The translations under genes were made by a program, and so were the position numbers. The notes under the pieces are model-generated. The model was not told the origin of the DNA, did no database searches, and was given only the letters and a program-made list of their open reading frames with translations. A stretch of 52,479 bases of DNA from Bdellovibrionales bacterium. Its GTDB lineage: Bacteria > Bdellovibrionota > Bdellovibrionia > Bdellovibrionales > DASUEL01. The DNA lies in assembly GCA_050250255.1 (NCBI GenBank), contig JBFWOZ010000020.1:1-52479 (forward strand), written 5' to 3'. Positions 38,991 through 47,022 of this stretch are shown piece after piece; position 1 is the stretch's first letter; each line of letters begins with the position of its first letter.

Positions 38991-39025
38991 AAAAAGCCGC
39001 TTCAAAAGAGCGGCTTTTTCTTTTT
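38991..39025 (+). terminator. Intrinsic terminator after ahcY
   Basis: AAAAAGCCGC...GCGGCTTTTT stem plus T run. Confidence 0.8.
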
Positions 39026-39081
39026 AAATAACCTACTTCGATTTTTTGTTTCAAAAGTAAATTTACCGATAGCAGGAGGGT

Positions 39082-40147
39082 AATAGGGACGGAGTCCGCG
39101 TCCCCTCCGATTTTAGGTTTACTTGTGCGTAGGTGTCCATTAATCCACATCTCACCTAGGCTCTAATTTCGCAAAGCTTTGCATTCCTATGAGAATTCCT
39201 CGATCCATTCAATTGTTCCCTTCAGAAGGACTTGTTCATCAATTTTGGCGCTGCCATAATAAAGAGCATTATTTAAATTCCTCTGAAATGAAATCCCTCT
39301 ACCTTCAAAGTTTAAAAGACGCGCTTAAAACCCATAATAAAGAAAACTCTCTCCATATCCATGCCTACATCTGCATGGATAATCACTTTCTCAATCTCAT
39401 GAATTATCTCAAAGAAAGCTCAAAGCTTTCTTCTTTTCTAAGACAAGCCCACGCTTTGTTTGGTTTGAGATACAATAGAATTCATAAAAGATCTGGCAAA
39501 GTAGCAGAAGGTAGACCAAAGACTTCGTTAATTGAAAATACGGATCACCAGATGAGAGTGCATTTTTATATAGAAGCTAATCCCTTAAGAGCTGGGAAGT
39601 ACACCGAAAGGCAATTAAGAGCTTATAAATACTCAAGCTACAGATTCTATGCTTATGGCATAAAGGATGAATTTACGGAAATTTTAACGATTCCTCAATG
39701 GTATATAGCTTTAGGAAGCACGCCCCGGGAAAGGCAAGCCAAATACCGAAATCTTTTTCAACAATATTTAAAAGATACGAACTTCACCAATTTCTTTGCT
39801 TCATTTATTGGCTCACCCATTTGGATCTTAAAGATTCAGCAGGCTGTTGCAGATATGGTAAAAAGAAAAGAAACCACACTTACTTCTTCAGCTTGAAGAG
39901 AAAAATAAAAATTTATTTTAGATAAAAACGATTTTTCATCAAATCAGGGGCCGACGTACGACTGAAATTCGAAAAATGTCTCTCAATTACCTACGGCACC
40001 GGGCACCATTATTTAAAAAGAGAAAAACTAAGCCTACTCACAGATTTCTTGAAGATGAACTGTTTAAAGAAATCGGTAAACCAATAAACTTAGGAAGCTT
40101 GAGCCTGAAATGCACCTGACTTCAATGGGATAAGCTCCGTCCCTATT
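39082..40147 (+). mobile_element. RAYT-like Y1 transposase element bounded by 13-bp inverted repeats
   Basis: AATAGGGACGGAG (39082-39094) and its exact reverse complement CTCCGTCCCTATT (40135-40147) flank the transposase; interior visibly AT-rich. Confidence 0.7.
39189..39896 (+). CDS. REP-associated tyrosine transposase (RAYT/Y1 HUH family), HUH motif degenerate
   Basis: H...RCHN, IHAYICMDNHF(L), YNRIHKRSG, YIEANPLRAG with catalytic Tyr, YKYSSY. Confidence 0.85.
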   Translation: MRIPRSIQLFPSEGLVHQFWRCHNKEHYLNSSEMKSLYLQSLKDALKTHNKENSLHIHAYICMDNHFLNLMNYLKESSKLSSFLRQAHALFGLRYNRIHKRSGKVAEGRPKTSLIENTDHQMRVHFYIEANPLRAGKYTERQLRAYKYSSYRFYAYGIKDEFTEILTIPQWYIALGSTPRERQAKYRNLFQQYLKDTNFTNFFASFIGSPIWILKIQQAVADMVKRKETTLTSSA

Positions 40148-40168
40148 TGAATGGTCCCTATTTGAATG
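40139..40168 (+). repeat. Perfect 15-bp tandem duplication GTCCCTATTTGAATG x2
   Basis: 40139-40153 and 40154-40168, overlapping the right inverted repeat. Confidence 0.9.
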
Positions 40169-40213
40169 CTGCTTATCCACCTCATGGTCTTGAAACAAAA
40201 AATTCGAAGTAAG

Positions 40214-40678
40214 TTATTTAAAAACGGCCTGACAGCCTTCGCTGTCTTTAGGAATCATGTCCGCCATTCTGGCGAAAGGATTGCTGAGAGTCGTATCGTA
40301 GGCGCGTTTCACTGATTGATCGTTACAGTCTAATTGATCAATTGAATTCATACAGACATCAGCCGCTTCAAAGTTAACGCTCATTTTCTTGGCGAGTTCG
40401 GCATCTACTAGAGCTTGATAATTCGCATACTTTCCTTGAGGGACTCCGAGTTCGTTGTCGATGTTGCGAAGTTCGAGCGCGCGCTCCAAGCATGTTCGGG
40501 TGTCAGTAGTGATGTTGCAGGAGTTGAGGCGACTACAAAGGGAGGCGAGGATTCGACCGCTGGCTGTGTTCGCCATTTGAGCGGTGGGGTCTTTTCCTGA
40601 TTGGGTCGTCGGACCGACTTGGAGGCAGGCGGTGAATAGGAAGGTTGAAAATAGCAAAAATCCGTTTTTGTATTTCAT
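40214..40678 (-). CDS. Hypothetical lipoprotein
   Basis: Lipobox FTAC; six further Cys. Confidence 0.7.
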   Translation of the reverse strand: MKYKNGFLLFSTFLFTACLQVGPTTQSGKDPTAQMANTASGRILASLCSRLNSCNITTDTRTCLERALELRNIDNELGVPQGKYANYQALVDAELAKKMSVNFEAADVCMNSIDQLDCNDQSVKRAYDTTLSNPFARMADMIPKDSEGCQAVFK

Positions 40679-40688
40679 GAGGCCTCGC

Positions 40689-41213
40689 TTAAGTGTGTTG
40701 AGGTTTGATAAATCCTACGTAATGTTTGAGTTCGTTGATGCTTTCTTTGATGTCGTCGAGGGCGCGGTGAGTTCCTTTTTTATCGTATTGGATATGGAAC
40801 TTGTTTTTCATCATGATCTTCCAGCTTGTGACATCGAGCATGCGGTAATGCAAACGATGGGCAAGATTTTTCCAGTATTTATTGATAAAGATGCGATCTT
40901 GGAAAATGGAATTTCCTGCAATGACCGCTGGTTCTGATGGAAAATTTTTTTGAATAAGGTCGATCAATTCTTGTTCTACAAGTTGGGAAGTTTTGCCACT
41001 CGGGATTTTAGCGATAAGGCCAGATTCGGAATGATGTTTTTTGTTCCAATCATCCATGTTGTCTATGTACTTTTGATCTTGCTGAACGACGGCATGATAT
41101 TGAGTTAAAAGATTAAAATGAAGGTCGGTGACAATTGCGGCCACTTCGATGATGACCTCTTTCTCAATGTCGAGGCCGGTCATTTCTAAATCAATCCACA
41201 AAAGTTTTTCCAT
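40689..41213 (-). CDS. orn: Oligoribonuclease
   Basis: LLWIDLEMTGL, GNSI.QDR.F, HYRMLDV, HRALDDIKESI. Confidence 0.95.
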   Translation of the reverse strand: MEKLLWIDLEMTGLDIEKEVIIEVAAIVTDLHFNLLTQYHAVVQQDQKYIDNMDDWNKKHHSESGLIAKIPSGKTSQLVEQELIDLIQKNFPSEPAVIAGNSIFQDRIFINKYWKNLAHRLHYRMLDVTSWKIMMKNKFHIQYDKKGTHRALDDIKESINELKHYVGFIKPQHT

Positions 41214-41219
41214 ATCTTT

Positions 41220-41249
41220 ATCCTATTTTAATATCGTACATCATCTCAA
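41220..41249 (-). promoter_or_regulatory. sigma70-like promoter of orn, leaderless spacing
   Basis: TTGAGA-N18-TAGGAT, 6 nt before ATG. Confidence 0.5.
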
Positions 41250-41255
41250 TAAATA

Positions 41256-41498
41256 CTAAAGGAAAATGATTAGTACGCCTTCGTTAACTTGCCCTTTTGC
41301 GTTTTTCTCATGGTTCCAGTGAAAGCCACCTAATTTGAGATAACGAAGGGTTTCTGCTTGAACGATTCCACGTCCTTTGCCAGTCATGATGCGCACTTTT
41401 TTAAGATCTGATTCTTGAGCACGTACTAAAAAACGATCCACAAGATCAAAGACCTCTTCTTTTGTTTTACCGTGCAAATCTAATAAATCCTTTGCCAT
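41256..41498 (-). CDS. Stand-alone Smr/MutS2 C-terminal domain protein
   Basis: LDLHG and IMTGKGRG motifs. Confidence 0.85.
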   Translation of the reverse strand: MAKDLLDLHGKTKEEVFDLVDRFLVRAQESDLKKVRIMTGKGRGIVQAETLRYLKLGGFHWNHEKNAKGQVNEGVLIIFL

Positions 41499-41504
41499 AG
41501 ATTT

Positions 41505-41533
41505 ATCTTAGTTTTTAAATTGATCATCTTCAA
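41505..41533 (-). promoter_or_regulatory. sigma70-like promoter of the Smr gene, leaderless spacing
   Basis: TTGAAG-N17-TAAGAT, 6 nt before ATG. Confidence 0.55.
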
Positions 41534-41575
41534 AGCTTAGTTTTAAACTCTTTGTGCTACTAGCATGAGGTGTCT

Positions 41576-42004
41576 ATGGCCCAATTTAAATCTTTTCGTC
41601 ATGAAATCTGGTTTGAGACCCAAAATCGGGTGGAATTCATCAATATTACAGAAGAGGTCGAAGCCGCGATTCGTAAAAGCGGTATTCAAGAAGGTCTTTG
41701 CCTCGTCAACGCTATGCATATCTCAGCCTCTGTTTTTATTAACGATGATGAAAAAGGTTTGCATCATGATTTTAAAAAGTGGCTTGAGAAATTGGTTCCT
41801 TACGCGCCCACGGACCAATATAGGCATAATGATACAGGCGAGGACAATGCCGATGCTCATATTCGTAGGCAGGTGATGGGGCGGGAAGTGGTCTGCGCTG
41901 TGACGAGCGGAAAACTAGATTTTGGAACTTGGGAGCAAATTTTTTATGGAGAATTCGATGGGAAAAGAAAAAAACGTGTTCTTATTAAAATTATTGGTGA
42001 ATAA
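41576..42004 (+). CDS. yjbQ: YjbQ/UPF0047 family protein
   Basis: [46 protein letters not shown]. Confidence 0.9.
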   Translation: MAQFKSFRHEIWFETQNRVEFINITEEVEAAIRKSGIQEGLCLVNAMHISASVFINDDEKGLHHDFKKWLEKLVPYAPTDQYRHNDTGEDNADAHIRRQVMGREVVCAVTSGKLDFGTWEQIFYGEFDGKRKKRVLIKIIGE

Positions 42005-42008
42005 ACAA

Positions 42009-42509
42009 ATGCGTTTTTTCTGTGCGCTCCTTTTTTTATTTGCAAACCCGTCTTCTGTTGAAGCAAAAAACGTCGGGGAGACTTTCCCTCTCGTAAAAAT
42101 AAAAAATCTCGCGGGAACAGAAGAGACTTCTTTTATAGATTTACTGAAAACACACGATCTCACGATTGTTGATTTTTGGGCGAGTTGGTGTGGGCCCTGT
42201 ACAGAGGCGATGCCTTTTCTGGATCAGTTGCATTCAAAATTAAAAGATAAAAAAGTTCAGGTTTTAGGGGTGAATGTGGACGACAAAAGCACAGATCCCG
42301 ACGTAAAGGAACTCGCTTCGAAAGTGAAATTCCCCCTCCTCTTTGATGAAGGAAAAAAGCTGAGTCAAGAGGCCGGAGTGGTGACTATGCCGACCACTTA
42401 CATTCTCGATAAAAAAGGCACTATCTTGCATGTGCATCAAGGATTTCGAAAAGGCGATGAGAAGAAGCTTGAAAAACAGGTCCAGAAACTGCTTCCTAAA
42501 AACAAATAA
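42009..42509 (+). CDS. TlpA family thiol-disulfide oxidoreductase
   Basis: Signal peptide; VDFWASWCGPC; MPTTY. Confidence 0.9.
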   Translation: MRFFCALLFLFANPSSVEAKNVGETFPLVKIKNLAGTEETSFIDLLKTHDLTIVDFWASWCGPCTEAMPFLDQLHSKLKDKKVQVLGVNVDDKSTDPDVKELASKVKFPLLFDEGKKLSQEAGVVTMPTTYILDKKGTILHVHQGFRKGDEKKLEKQVQKLLPKNK

Positions 42510-42611
42510 AGTTTACCCTTCGCCCCATCTTGAGACGATTCACCTGAGATTTTTACGTTTCATTTCGAGAATTTAAATAAAATTCGTCAACTAAAGTATC
42601 AATGTGGATCT

Positions 42612-42638
42612 TTAGTCCCCTGGCCTTATGTCCGATAG
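42612..42638 (+). promoter_or_regulatory. sigma28 (FliA)-like promoter
   Basis: TTAG-N15-TCCGATAG. Confidence 0.6.
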
Positions 42639-42679
42639 GTATAGGCAGTAGAGATAGACTCTTTTGCGGGGGCTTTAAG

Positions 42680-44554
42680 TTGAGCAGTATAAATGTAGGT
42701 GCTTCTATATTAAAGAAGAGTCCTCTTGTGGTCTCGTTGCTCCTCTTTTCAGTGGGGATGACCTTTTCGTCACTTCTTTACGCTCAAGATTATGTTCCTG
42801 GCGAAGTGATCGTGAAGTTTAAAAGTGGAACCTCCGTTCAAAACTTTAATGCTTCGAGTGGCCGCATGATGGGACTATCTCATCGAGGTGGTTGGTCTTC
42901 GATGAATCTTCATCAATATTCGTTACCGGCAGGAACAACGATGACCGCCTCTATCAGCGAACTTTCCGCAAATCCTGACGTAGAATACGTAGAACCAAAT
43001 TATATCTTAAGAAAAAGTAGCGATGAGCCCGTGCAAGTGCTCTCCAGGCAAGATCTTGAGAGTTTAGGTGGGATCTCCATCCTTGCTGGGAGTTTCACGC
43101 AAACTGGAGCTGGGATTCAAGCGGAAGATGCTTGGGCGGTGGCTGTCGGTACGGGAATGCCTGTCGTAGCGGTGATTGATTCGGGTATGGATCTTACGCA
43201 CTCGGCCTTGCAAGATGCCTTATGGGTGAACAGCGGTGAAATTGCAAACAATGGCGTCGATGATGATAACAACGGTTACATTGATGATGTGAATGGTTGG
43301 GATTTTGTCGATAATGACAAAACTCCGAATGATGGTGATGGTCACGGTACGCATGTCGCGGGAATTATCCGTGGAACGAGCCAGAATTTATTTGCGACTC
43401 CTACCGAAACTCCGCTTATGAAGTTGATGCCCGTAAGATTTCTTAATAATAGTGGATCTGGATCCACTTCTAATGCCATCAAGGCGATTTATTATGCGGT
43501 CAACAATGGTGCGAAAGTTCTAAATAACTCGTGGGGCGGCTCTTCATTCAGTCGGGCACTTCTTGAAGCGATTGCATTTTCTTATGATCAACACACCATA
43601 TTTGTAGCGGCGGCTGGAAACTCAAGCGCTAACAACGATGTGAGTCCTATGTATCCTGCTAGTTATGATGTTCCTAATATCCTCTCGGTTGCAGCGACAA
43701 CGGATGCCGATACGCGCGCTGGTTTTTCGAATTATGGCGCAAATTCCGTTCATGTTGCGAGCCCAGGCGTTGCGATTCAAAGTACTTACAAGCTAAATAG
43801 TTACACACCACTTTCTGGAACAAGTATGGCAACACCTTTTGTTGCAGGTATTGCAGCGATGATTCTTCGTGAGCAGCCCACTATGTGGGGCTATCAAGTA
43901 AAACAAGTCATCGTTGCTGGTGCAGAATCAAAAGCGGCCCTTTCAGGAATCGTTTCGACGAGCGCGCGAGTGAACGTTCTTAATGCGGTGACCGGTGCGC
44001 AGGCCGCGGCTTTAAACTTTTCTCAACCCGGATATTCTATTGCTGTATCCTCAGCAGATCGTAGTCTTGCTTCGAATATTTCTGGAGGCGGCTGCGGACG
44101 CGTGCAAAAAATGTATCAAGATTTTAATAATAAGCAGGGACGAGGCAGTGGCGGAGTCGATTTTGGATTCCTCCTTTTGATGGCGGTCCCTTTTGCGATT
44201 ATGGCTTACAGAGCACGCACACAAAAATCTCCAGGCTTCAAACGTAAGTATGAGCGTTTCTCGATTGAATCTTCGATGAAGATGAAAGTAGGAGACAAAG
44301 TTTTTGAAGGGACTGTCGATACGATTTCTCTTGGTGGAGCAGCGATTAATGTTGCGGCAGCTCTTGAGTCGGGCAGTCTCCTCACGTTGACAATTGCTTC
44401 TTCAGATGGAAAAGAAAGCGTCACCGTACAAGGTAAGGTCGTATGGAAGGCAGAGTCTGAAAGCTACGGCGTGAGCTTCGCACACCTCGACGAAAAGGTT
44501 CAGAGTACCATTCAAAGTTGGACTGCGGGCTTAGCAGCTCAGAAGTCCTCCTAA
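42680..44554 (+). CDS. S8 subtilisin-like serine protease with C-terminal TM and PilZ domain
   Basis: Triad motifs VIDSG, HGTHVAG, GTSMATP; VPGEVIVKFK propeptide; TM; RKYER...TISLGG PilZ motifs; start (TTG 42680) placed downstream of the promoter and uncertain. Confidence 0.88.
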   Translation: MSSINVGASILKKSPLVVSLLLFSVGMTFSSLLYAQDYVPGEVIVKFKSGTSVQNFNASSGRMMGLSHRGGWSSMNLHQYSLPAGTTMTASISELSANPDVEYVEPNYILRKSSDEPVQVLSRQDLESLGGISILAGSFTQTGAGIQAEDAWAVAVGTGMPVVAVIDSGMDLTHSALQDALWVNSGEIANNGVDDDNNGYIDDVNGWDFVDNDKTPNDGDGHGTHVAGIIRGTSQNLFATPTETPLMKLMPVRFLNNSGSGSTSNAIKAIYYAVNNGAKVLNNSWGGSSFSRALLEAIAFSYDQHTIFVAAAGNSSANNDVSPMYPASYDVPNILSVAATTDADTRAGFSNYGANSVHVASPGVAIQSTYKLNSYTPLSGTSMATPFVAGIAAMILREQPTMWGYQVKQVIVAGAESKAALSGIVSTSARVNVLNAVTGAQAAALNFSQPGYSIAVSSADRSLASNISGGGCGRVQKMYQDFNNKQGRGSGGVDFGFLLLMAVPFAIMAYRARTQKSPGFKRKYERFSIESSMKMKVGDKVFEGTVDTISLGGAAINVAAALESGSLLTLTIASSDGKESVTVQGKVVWKAESESYGVSFAHLDEKVQSTIQSWTAGLAAQKSS

Positions 44555-44645
44555 TTCCCATCTCAAAACGAGACTTTTATCTGAATGAGAAGTAGGCGAT
44601 GTTATCAAACTAACACGCCTATTTCACTTTAGAGCCCTACGAAGG

Positions 44646-44661
44646 TGGCGGTGGCCTTGCA
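44646..44661 (+). promoter_or_regulatory. sigma54-like -24/-12 promoter
   Basis: TGGCGGtggccTTGCA, GG-N10-GC. Confidence 0.5.
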
Positions 44662-44727
44662 ATGTACTTTAGTGAGGCCTTAAACTGAAGTGGTAAGAAT
44701 TTTTCGTAAGAGGTCTGAGGGGGAAAT

Positions 44728-45288
44728 ATGAAGCGTCATGGAAAGCAAGTTTATGCTATTGGCCTTAGCGCCATTTTGTTGCTTCTGGTACTTACTCAAT
44801 TCCAAAATTGCGGAGCGCCTAACGGTGAAAGTGCTTTCGGCACGGACTCCTCTTCTTCCTCAAGCTGCGATAACTATGGCTGCATTGATGATGATGAACT
44901 TGGTACTGGTGGCGGTAGCGGATATGGTAGCGGCTCAGATTCGGGATCTGGTTCAGGAACTGGTACCAGTACCGGCGGTAGTAGTGGTTCAGGCACAGAT
45001 GGTAACACGGGCGGCGGCACTGGAGTCAGTGGACCAAACTGTCCCGTCACAGTTGTAGCCACCGCGACTCTCGGTAATATTAGTGTGGATGGCGATACTG
45101 TGTGTGCTCCATGGGTGTTCAGTAGCTGTCTATCAAATGGTGGCTACGTTCGTATCCGAACATGTCCTACTTCTTACGGCTGTCGTACAAGCGATGCGAA
45201 CGGGCCGGGGACTCCCCTCAACATTCGTACGACCGCAATGGAAAACATCACTTGTGAATTCCGTAACGGCCAATGGGTGAAACGCTAA
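44728..45288 (+). CDS. Gly/Ser-rich hypothetical lipoprotein with FQNC motif
   Basis: GAGGGGG RBS; hydrophobic stretch then QFQNCG; GS linker; small Cys-containing C-terminal domain. Confidence 0.75.
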   Translation: MKRHGKQVYAIGLSAILLLLVLTQFQNCGAPNGESAFGTDSSSSSSCDNYGCIDDDELGTGGGSGYGSGSDSGSGSGTGTSTGGSSGSGTDGNTGGGTGVSGPNCPVTVVATATLGNISVDGDTVCAPWVFSSCLSNGGYVRIRTCPTSYGCRTSDANGPGTPLNIRTTAMENITCEFRNGQWVKR

Positions 45289-45296
45289 AAAACTTT

Positions 45297-45338
45297 ATTC
45301 GGAATTCTGAATTTAGAATACCGAATACTGAACTCAGT
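45297..45338 (+). repeat. Six degenerate heptamer repeats that also form a hairpin
   Basis: ATTCGGA ATTCTGA ATTTAGA ATACCGA ATACTGA ACTCAGT; TATTCGG/CCGAATA stem between convergent genes. Confidence 0.55.
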
Positions 45339-45343
45339 TTTAT

Positions 45344-45430
45344 TGGTGGCCTCGGTCAGACTCGAACTGACACGTCATTGCTGACATTGGATTTTGAGTC
45401 CAACGCGTCTACCAATTCCACCACGAGGCC
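45344..45430 (-). tRNA. tRNA-Leu(CAA)
   Basis: GGCCTCG/CGAGGCC acceptor stem plus ACCA; TTGGA-CTCAAAA-TCCAA anticodon arm; long variable arm; TTCGAGT T-loop. Confidence 0.96.
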
Positions 45431-45614
45431 GTTGCAGAGACGAAAAATTAAATCAATCAGCCCTACTTATCAAGCACTTACCTTCTTTCAAAGAGCCCTT
45501 ATTTGTCAGCATGGCTGAAAGAAAGACACCTTCAAAATACCGAGTGCTTTTTGCAAACCCTTGGAATGACTTAGGTTTAAGCGACGAAAAAGATAGCTAA
45601 AATCGCGATTTTAC

Positions 45615-45630
45615 GGGCATGGGACTTGCT
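45615..45630 (+). promoter_or_regulatory. sigma54-like -24/-12 promoter
   Basis: GGGCATgggacTTGCT, GG-N10-GC, 40 nt upstream of ATG 45671. Confidence 0.55.
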
Positions 45631-45670
45631 CATGAAGGTCCTTGTAGGATTTTAATATTTTGGAGTCGAT

Positions 45671-46876
45671 ATGAAAAAAACATGGGTGAACACTTCCGCT
45701 ATCACTTTAATGATCTTCACGCTCGTTGGAACTCAGCCCGCTTTTACGGCGGATAGCTCGAGTGAACTCAAAAACGAATTGAGCCAGGAGATCGATGGTC
45801 TTTATCCTAAAGCGGCTCTTCGCAAAAAGGCGGCAAAGGATGTTGTAGCACAACAAGAACTCGATCTTGAGAACACTAAATCTACGACGATTATTAATAA
45901 TAACTATGCTCCTAAAAAAGATGTCATGGTGGAAGAGCAGCCAGAAACTCTCGTAGAGGCAGCCCCGCTTAGTGAATCACGTGTTGGAAAAGTCAAAAAA
46001 GCTCGTAATGATTTTGAAAAGTCCACTGAAGACACTCTCGTTGAAAAATTAGAACAAGATCGTATTGATGCCGAGAAAGAACGTGCAAAACGCGCTGAAG
46101 AACTTTTCACTAAAAAAGAAGAGCTAAAGGTGGAGCCTGTAAAAGAAGAACCTGTGGTTCAACCGATTATCGTTCAACCAGCAGCTCCCGTAGCAACGGT
46201 GGTAGCGGTTGACGATGCTGAAAAAACAAAGCCCAAAGAAGAGCGCACACGTTATTATATTTCAGGTGTTGGAGGCGTGGGTGATTACACGTCCGCAAAA
46301 AACGTTAAAGGAATTTATGCGGCCGGTGTGGCCTTCGGTATGGTTTTACCAGAAAACATCGTGATCGAAGCTTCTGCGGTTTTCTCAAGCTACGACGTCA
46401 CAGAAACTCGTTACGACTATTATTCTAACGTTTATTATCCTTCTGATGTACAGATGGATCAGCAAAACTTTTCAATTGCCGGTAAGTATCGTTTTCTGGA
46501 TGGACGAGTGAAACCACTCGTGGGTGCGCTCGTAAGTTACACGCACCGTACATTCCAAAACAAGTACTCAAATCCTTACGCGAGCCCTTATGGCAATGGT
46601 TATGGTTACCCTTACGCCGCTCAGAACTCGAATCAAAATTCGACTCGCCCCGACTCTTGGGCCATCGATGGTGGCCTCTTAGTTGGTGCCGATGTAAAGG
46701 TGAGCGAAGCATTTTTTATGGGCGCCGATGTTCGCTACATCATGAACTTAAGCTACCGTCGTGATAAAGATCCTCGTGATTTGAACTACTACGGTGTGTA
46801 CTCAAACGGGTACGGTACTCCAATTGAAGAGTTAAACTATTACATCTTTACGATCAATGGTGGTTTCAGCTTCTAA
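45671..46876 (+). CDS. Outer-membrane beta-barrel (OmpA/OmpW-like) with long charged N-terminal extension
   Basis: Signal peptide; E/K-rich helical region; amphipathic strands; C-terminal GFSF. Confidence 0.75.
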   Translation: MKKTWVNTSAITLMIFTLVGTQPAFTADSSSELKNELSQEIDGLYPKAALRKKAAKDVVAQQELDLENTKSTTIINNNYAPKKDVMVEEQPETLVEAAPLSESRVGKVKKARNDFEKSTEDTLVEKLEQDRIDAEKERAKRAEELFTKKEELKVEPVKEEPVVQPIIVQPAAPVATVVAVDDAEKTKPKEERTRYYISGVGGVGDYTSAKNVKGIYAAGVAFGMVLPENIVIEASAVFSSYDVTETRYDYYSNVYYPSDVQMDQQNFSIAGKYRFLDGRVKPLVGALVSYTHRTFQNKYSNPYASPYGNGYGYPYAAQNSNQNSTRPDSWAIDGGLLVGADVKVSEAFFMGADVRYIMNLSYRRDKDPRDLNYYGVYSNGYGTPIEELNYYIFTINGGFSF

Positions 46877-46987
46877 ATAAAAGAAGCTGACTCCATTGAA
46901 GATCATGGTGATGATTATGGAGCCTTTAAGTTTAAAGCGAAATATTCGATACCGCCAATTTTAAAATTCGAAACGCTCTAACCAGAC

Positions 46988-47016
46988 TTGCCTATTTATA
47001 AGATGAGTCCTAGACT
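46988..47016 (+). promoter_or_regulatory. sigma70-like promoter, leaderless spacing
   Basis: TTGCCT-N17-TAGACT, 6 nt before ATG 47023. Confidence 0.55.
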
Positions 47017-47022
47017 CTAAGA

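Noticed and set aside
39976..40119. 47-aa ORF inside the RAYT element
   Set aside because: Short, no RBS and no motif; cannot be supported from sequence alone.
45344..45430. tRNA-Leu as an island attachment site
   Set aside because: No integrase, and no duplicate of the tRNA 3' end noticed in the window.
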